Assembly: GCA_002269645.1 (NCBI GenBank)
Contig: NIVC01004639.1
Location: 1 to 39,910, forward strand
Direction of reading: 5' to 3'
Length of the DNA stretch: 39,910 bases
Source of the DNA: Macrostomum lignano
Taxonomy: Eukaryota
This document shows, piece after piece, positions 37,301-39,910 of this stretch. The notes under the pieces were generated by a model that ran no database searches, had not been told where the DNA came from, and was given only the letters and a program-made list of their open reading frames with translations. Position 1 is the first letter of the stretch; each line of letters begins with the position of its first letter. Position numbers and translations under genes: made by a program.

Positions 37301-39910
37301 GACACAAAGTCAACAGCAATCCAAGGTCCTGCGCTTTCGACATTCCAAGTTGATGCGAAAGGTTTTCTACTTGCGTCAGTGATATACTTGGCGGAGGAAA
37401 TGTCGCTGCTGACCAGAGGTAAATAGCGGGACATGAGCACAGGTGGCGGATTGTAGGCTGTTCGATCTGAAGAAGCAAAAATTTGACTGCGCACTTTTTG
37501 AGTAACTTTTAATATTTATATTTAGTTATAGTTGTAGATAGCTCATACTTGACAGACAGCCGTACAGCATCCAGCGCGACTCCCACCGGTAGTAAAAGGA
37601 AACCCTGTACATGCGAAACATTTTGCCAGTCAGTTCCGGGAACAAGCCATGCAGAGAGGTGTACGAGTCTGTGCGGAGTTTTCTGGCCGCGATGATTTTC
37701 TGCGGGTGATTAATCAAGCATGTTATTACAGAACTGTTGACCAACAATTTTATCATTGGTAAACCCACGAAAAAAAGTATTAAAAAAGAATGACACCAAA
37801 TTGAGCATCTAGCATTAGTATTTCTTACCAAAGGGTACGGAACAAAAGACTCGCCATCAGTTGAGTGAGACAATATTAAATATCTCGGGTATTGTAAATT
37901 GCCCAGCGCTCTGTCAGTTCCGCTCTGAGTTGCCAGCACAAAGGCTGTGACCGAATTCAAAAATGACACCTACGTATAAATTTCGTTTCGATATAACAAA
38001 TTAATTAGAAAAGACAGCTTTACGGGGAATGAAAACAATTAATTCTGCATTTAGAAAAGAGCATCTTGCCTGAATGTATTGGTCATATGAAGCACACCCA
38101 GAAGGAAAGTTCAGTGAAACCATTGGAGACCAAATTCCAATTTGTCTGTCATCTACAATTTTTAAACAATGAATGCAGCATCTTCATCATCAAGTTCATA
38201 TCAGTGTAGTACAAATCTCAATAACTTACTGGGCATGTCAAACATTACGTGAGCCCTCGTGCTGTCTGATCCATCTCCCAGAGTGGTGTAGCCTACTGTT
38301 TGGATCTGCAGCCCGTTAGTTGGGCTGGGAACTGTCAGGTTGGCGAGTAGAACTCCACCAATGCTGACATCGACTCCCAGCTGCGTCCAGACCAGCTGCA
38401 GGCTTTGATAGTCGTCGGTGGTGGCAGCGACTGAGCCGCTGGCGCCCGTCAGAATCATGGAGGCCAGCGTGCTCGGGCTGGATGAGTCTCCAGTGCGAAC
38501 CGCAGCCTCGCTGAGGAATGCGGCGGTGCCGTTGCCGCCGATTGAGATCTCCCAGCGAGGCTGCGAGTGGATGGGATGTTTTCATACCGTTGAAGCACAT
38601 GCGACAGATTTAAAATCAGAAATTTCATGACCTAAACTAATTGAACTAGCGATATATAACTGTATGAATAAGTTCGATTTAAGAATATTATTACTTCGTA
38701 CCTGCTTTCAATTTACGCTTCTGGGTAATAAAACTAACTAAAGTGCCAGCTTATGGTAAGGATACTAAAATATTGTTTCGCTGAAAAAAGGGCGATAGCG
38801 GAAGCCAATAGGGGTCTCCTATTTACCTGCATATGCTGTCTACTGATTATGGGTTTGTAATTGTAGATTTGCGCAAGGACAACTTAATCCCTAAGGACGG
38901 TAAACTCGAAAATCATGGCGAAAAAAAAGTTAGAGGCTCGTTTAAAAGCATTGTTCTATGGCTAAGCCTTATAGAATCTGTAAGTATATAATACACTTTT
39001 TATTAAATTGCGCTGTGATTGCTTTAACAATTAAAACATTAGTAAAAATTAAGAAAACAAAGCAAATATCAGAAACTTGACCAACAGTATAGGAAAGAGC
39101 CACGTTTTGTATATACATTTGCACAGTGCATAGTGAATATGCCCCCCCACACCCCTGGCATTAGTAAGGCTTTCAGTCAAAAGGGCTCTTTGGGCCGTAT
39201 GCAGAAAGCTCTGTCTAGGTAGTCCGGTCTTGAAAAGCTAGTCTGGACTTGGATTTGGTATGCAGAAACGCAAAGTTAGACCGGTCTACTGTAGACAGAA
39301 CTAGGGTAGCTAGACCATAGACTATAGACTGAACTACCCAAGTCCGGACTAGCTAGTCTGGACTAAGCTTTCTGCATCCGGCCGATTATATGAGGCGTGG
39401 CCATAGAACATTCTTTCAAACGAGCCTCTAATTTTTTTTCGCCATGATTTTCGAGTTTACCGTCCTGAGTGATTAAGTTGTCGATGGATTTGCTTTACTA
39501 ACATCATGATTTCACCATGGACTTACAGAGTTGAGGACATCGCGCATGCTCGTACCGATTGGTCAGCCACAGCTTCAGTCCGGAATTCCTTAAGCGGGCA
39601 AACATTTTCAGCGTGTTGTTTCGCTGTATAGAATCGGAGCTCATTATTTTGGCTGGCACTCGACGAATCAGATACGGATATGTCCCGGTTTCTTCAAAAT
39701 TTTCTGCAGTTTACAGATATTAAAGATCGTTAAGGCTTCCGTTCCCTCTTATGTATTTGAGTACTTGCTGAATATTACTTTAGTATACATTTAGCCGACT
39801 AACCTTCCTCCGCATGCAGTTGCAGGGTAGTGATGGAAAGCTTTCCTATCGCCAAACCCTGCAGAAGCACGTAGCGACCAGCAATGGCCTCTCGCACCAG
39901 AACTTCAGCG
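1201..39910 (-). CDS. Multi-exon polycystin-1 (PKD1-like) family gene, 5'-partial, about 63 exons and about 6,300 aa in window; 4 apparent frameshifts
   Basis: Exons with AG/GT(GC) boundaries and matching phases, in transcript order: 39804-39910, 39516-39703, 38230-38560, 38070-38152, 37829-37969, 37549-37699, 37248-37466, 36721-36860, 34893-34992, 34155-34518, 32904-33054, 32618-32811, 32230-32528, 31574-31785, 31135-31425, 30950-31066, 30687-30854, 30158-30384, 29593-29847, 27222-27388, 26678-27130, 26445-26591, 26131-26281, 25768-25998, 25521-25663, 25352-25439, 25089-25274, 24363-24574, 24097-24241, 23792-23988, 23580-23709, 22583-22790, 21972-22207, 21591-21836, 21383-21517, 20838-21043, 20109-20733, 19848-20032, 19607-19742, 18631-18823, 18058-18296, 16986-17243, 15686-15837, 15429-15596, 14759-14915, 14056-14625, 13834-13977, 13086-13654, 11464-12549, 8969-11370, 8719-8885, 8202-8587, 7872-8096, 7621-7752, 7413-7506, 6168-7312, 5893-6063, 5657-5802, 5074-5584, 4465-4773, 3727-3832, 1678-3211, 1201-1370. 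The order PKD-REJ-GPS-TM-PLAT-10TM is diagnostic of the family. The specific paralog was not determined. Confidence 0.93.
1678..3211 (-). CDS. Polycystin channel region exon: TM6, TOP domain, TM7-TM11 and pore; two frame breaks
   Basis: ORFs 1860-3134 and 1609-1965 contain Y.GGGF..L, LQRLGWLDSSTSLLVVELDLF, LYRY, WNFENWLD, TLFSAMLGKFD and VNLFVVILNDSY, all polycystin/PKD_channel motifs. Acceptor ttttcag|ag at 3211, donor g|gtaaaa at 1678. Confidence 0.93.
3727..5584 (-). CDS. Exons for TM2-TM5 (5074-5584, 4465-4773, 3727-3832)
   Basis: DDHLWMSV, FSRLQRFGVCFCLLFLTMISNAMFY, GFQLPHWCQYVGW, QWLLSF and QPLKV are typical PKD1-family segments. Splice phases 2-0, 0-0, 0-1 are consistent. Confidence 0.92.
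4100..4400 (+). mobile_element. Probable tRNA-derived SINE (family 2)
   Basis: Pol III B-box GGTTCGATTCC at 4142-4152 inside a ccctgg...ccaggg stem, then a GC-richer body and a T-rich end; intronic. The A-box is degenerate. Confidence 0.5.
5657..6063 (-). CDS. PLAT/LH2 domain exons (5893-6063, 5657-5802)
   Basis: Not in the ORF track; translated by hand: YRIDVYTASDRSNAGT and GDINHFTMTTGKHLGDILEIEI...PWMLQKIIITD, matching the PLAT pattern that follows TM1. Confidence 0.85.
6168..7312 (-). CDS. GAIN/GPS-like region and TM1
   Basis: CLIWDSAQEIW...SCTV...PNLIDFGKLF followed by hydrophobic AAVVGTVVALWVIFIPIAVWLRR.D..D. Acceptor acag|at, donor agg|gtgaga. Confidence 0.9.
7413..8885 (-). CDS. REJ domain and post-REJ helical exons (8719-8885, 8202-8587, 7872-8096, 7621-7752, 7413-7506)
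   Basis: GCVSNCAEKV..., PASGGNCTIEPREGIAMETKFRISCWSW and LPVG...AYINVVDSLG match the REJ pattern. All junctions are phase-compatible. Confidence 0.88.
8969..11370 (-). CDS. Large exon: PKD (Ig-like) repeats and start of REJ
   Basis: 793-aa ORF with repeated PKD-like strands (YQINLGNG, IDCGDG, VDFGDS followed by H.Y...G.F.....A.N.VS) and many N-x-S/T sequons. Confidence 0.9.
11464..13654 (-). CDS. Exons 13086-13654 and 11464-12549: Cys-containing Ig-like modules plus first PKD-like repeat
   Basis: Long ORFs 213 and 374 aa; phases 1-0 and 0-0 fit their neighbours; a shared C..L..(V/L)C...S(F/Y).(D/E)...NN..C motif recurs. Confidence 0.8.
12629..12907 (-). mobile_element. tRNA-derived SINE (family 1, copy 1)
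   Basis: tRNA-like head (GTTCGATTC B-box) and central GTGTCCTTGAGCAAGAC...CAGCTGTAAAATGGGT block; homologous along its length to 16569-16862 and 36956-37223. Confidence 0.9.
13834..13977 (-). CDS. EB/EGF-like cysteine module
   Basis: Hand translation AIGEACNADASCSLTGDTVCLSSGQLLDTRCSCRKGFVRVGVECKS; phase 1-1 exon. Confidence 0.75.
14056..14625 (-). CDS. Fibrinogen-related (FReD) domain exon
   Basis: DWMIVYR, YQAGF, WPGLQVLSDLT, LRFD, STFSNFD...CA...GSGWWY..C...LTG and I.W follow the fibrinogen C-terminal domain pattern; phase 1-1. Confidence 0.85.
14759..15837 (-). CDS. Discoidin (F5/8 type C)-like domain exons (15686-15837, 15429-15596, 14759-14915)
   Basis: YFLT|ITFNKQVRVTGFGFMG and QQLRIMPAQYRGAAAFKFDIFGC match discoidin core and C-terminal motifs. 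Confidence 0.8.
15081..15396. mobile_element. MITE-like element flanked by TTAA, with terminal and subterminal inverted repeats
   Basis: ttaa|cagtagaaagacca at 15081 and tggtctttctactg|ttaa ending 15396. A second inverted match: 15090-15119 versus 15331-15360 (27/30). Confidence 0.7.
16016..16568 (+). repeat. 16-bp G-rich minisatellite (GCTTAGAGGGGTTGTA), about 34 copies
   Basis: Period 16 read directly (e.g. 16035, 16051); variants T/A and G/T; abuts a SINE head. Confidence 0.95.
16569..16862 (+). mobile_element. tRNA-derived SINE (family 1, copy 2)
   Basis: GGGGATTGTAGCCTAGTGGTTAGAGCG...GGTTCGATTCCC head with A and B boxes, same body as the other copies, AT-rich tail. Confidence 0.9.
16986..17243 (-). 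CDS. Cys-containing exon, possibly PAN/apple-like
   Basis: DCSRPFYNVIFNYSG...SALVKCQAGACNSL...ICR; strong splice sites, phase 1-1. The domain name is tentative. Confidence 0.65.
17517..17896. repeat. Polypyrimidine (CT-rich) low-complexity tract, about 380 bp
   Basis: Almost only C and T on the + strand. Confidence 0.95.
18058..18823 (-). CDS. C-type lectin domain 3 (18631-18823, 18058-18296)
   Basis: CPVNFYYHEGAC...AEAYC and WSHWAPSQP...CA...WTSVDC...HVICQ; split by a phase-2 intron. Confidence 0.88.
19607..21517 (-). CDS. Two discoidin-like domains and an unassigned beta module (21383-21517, 20838-21043, 20109-20733, 19848-20032, 19607-19742)
   Basis: EEWLQVDFLHKVTVQSVAMSG, FRLYPLHLTGRLAGKLELFGC and YLELTPRHYYGDARLQFAVL are discoidin motifs; phases are consistent. 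Confidence 0.82.
21591..24574 (-). CDS. Cassette B, distal part: discoidin, degenerate discoidin, C-type lectin 2, unassigned module
   Basis: Exons 24363-24574, 24097-24241, 23792-23988, 23580-23709, 22583-22790, 21972-22207, 21591-21836. Motifs LRFELLGY, ECPTNSLRHGRFCY...AQSICQ, NNWA...DCL...WRTVPC...FLCE. Confidence 0.85.
22998..23302. repeat. 32-bp minisatellite (CATGAGACATGCATGTATATCTAGCTGATCTG), about 9-10 copies
   Basis: Period 32 (23141, 23173); shorter variants at the left end. Confidence 0.93.
24629..25072. repeat. 25-bp minisatellite (GAAATCCCGGGCATCCCAAACTATA), about 18 copies
   Basis: Direct tandem units without spacers; fills most of intron 24575-25088. Confidence 0.95.
25089..27388 (-). 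CDS. Cassette B, middle part: FAMeT-like, discoidin, F-type-lectin-like, start of discoidin
   Basis: Exons 27222-27388, 26678-27130, 26445-26591, 26131-26281, 25768-25998, 25521-25663, 25352-25439, 25089-25274. Motifs AVDGN...C...HWLVSLG, FCEFEIYG, VRLYPRKWQNGLELRWQLYGC, YINSAIGLEDGRV. Confidence 0.85.
29593..31066 (-). CDS. Junction exons and F-type-lectin-like domain (30950-31066, 30687-30854, 30158-30384, 29593-29847); one frame break
   Basis: NIAYFK...SC..MT...LVVDFKSLHFINGV and LYVGNS...C...IAC...RFLAL...LNITALMVYG resemble fucolectin-type domains; all exons are phase 1-1. Confidence 0.75.
31135..34518 (-). CDS. Cassette A, distal part: discoidin (one frame break), degenerate discoidin, C-type lectin 1, unassigned module
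   Basis: Exons 34155-34518, 32904-33054, 32618-32811, 32230-32528, 31574-31785, 31135-31425. Motifs SDWLSLYL, VTSFQVFYS, LKIDLVGY, CPPGFVPMGDTCL...ARRVC, WQWLDG...HWKLGQP...FACQ. Confidence 0.85.
33560..33799 (-). mobile_element. Probable tRNA-derived SINE (family 3)
   Basis: Minus-strand head TGGCTGGATGGCAGAGTGAA...GGGCTCGATTCC with A/B-box-like motifs; body unrelated to family 1; 3' end approximate. Confidence 0.55.
34893..39910 (-). CDS. Cassette A, proximal part: end of F-type-lectin-like domain, FAMeT-like, discoidin, F-type-lectin-like
   Basis: Exons 39804-39910 (cut by window edge), 39516-39703, 38230-38560, 38070-38152, 37829-37969, 37549-37699, 37248-37466, 36721-36860, 34893-34992. 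Motifs AGRYVLL, WEISIGGNG, DQYIQ|VSF, HSTDGESF, WMLYGC, LKITELEIYG. Confidence 0.8.
35155..36170 (-). mobile_element. Decayed 3' part of a non-LTR retrotransposon (LINE ORF2)
   Basis: FRACRKILQVSENT...RSELDRLSL (post-RT segment) and C-x2-C-x8-H-x4-C (CPKCHMGIESEVHFLFKC, 35327-35380), with stops and frameshifts. Clade not determined. Confidence 0.7.
35420..35873. repeat. 35-bp minisatellite (ATTTCGCTACTCGTCAATGTTGACAGTTTCACATG), 13 copies
   Basis: Period 35 (35421, 35456 ... 35841); few substitutions. Confidence 0.95.
36313..36590. mobile_element. hAT-like MITE, 278 bp
   Basis: TIR CAGGGGCGTCGCCA versus TAGGAGCGTCGCCA; flanks ggagggca and agtgggca form a 6/8-matching 8-bp TSD. Confidence 0.7.
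36956..37223 (-). mobile_element. tRNA-derived SINE (family 1, copy 3)
   Basis: Head GGAGTTGTAGCCCAGTGGTCAGAGCG...GGTTCGATTCCC; homologous to the other two copies; starts about 25 bp from the donor at 37248. Confidence 0.9.
38878..39482. mobile_element. Foldback/MITE-like element with about 95-bp inverted repeats
   Basis: 38878-38973 aligns with the reverse complement of 39387-39482 (shared GGACGGTAAACTCGAAAATCATGGCGAAAAAAAA...TTAGAGGCTCGTTT). Confidence 0.8.
39193..39383. mobile_element. Nested small MITE with 18-bp TIR
   Basis: ggccgtatgcagaaagct (39193-39210) versus the reverse complement of 39366-39383, ggccggatgcagaaagct (17/18). Confidence 0.7.

Noticed and set aside
39516-39560. Possible frameshift before the strong GTAAGT donor at 39526
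   Set aside because: An in-frame phase-0 donor (ATG|GTGAAA at 39516) joins the next exon without any indel; unresolved without RNA data.

Overview
This is eukaryotic (invertebrate-type) genomic DNA, not prokaryotic. Almost the whole window is one minus-strand, intron-rich gene encoding a giant polycystin-1 (PKD1)-family receptor. I hand-assembled 63 exons with compatible splice phases (about 19.0 kb of CDS, about 6,300 aa), from the window edge (39910) to a stop near 1201. The N-terminus lies beyond the window. The C-terminal half is a standard polycystin-1 core: PKD repeats, REJ, a GPS-like motif, TM1, PLAT, and 10 further TM helices including the TOP/channel region. The ectodomain is highly modular: F-type-lectin-like, FAMeT-like, many discoidin/F5-8C-like, three C-type lectins, PAN-like, fibrinogen-related and EB-like modules. 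Much of it derives from an ancient tandem duplication of a roughly 15-exon cassette. Four reading-frame breaks each sit in short G/C runs and are each repaired by adding one base, which suggests long-read assembly error but needs checking. The GPS motif lacks the HL|T/S autoproteolysis residues. Introns hold tRNA-derived SINEs, MITE-like elements, a decayed LINE 3' end and four minisatellites, one of which is an amplification of a SINE 5' end. Domain names come from motif recognition by eye; no database search was run. GC-rich exons and many 70-130 bp introns would fit a flatworm such as Macrostomum, but that is an unverified inference.
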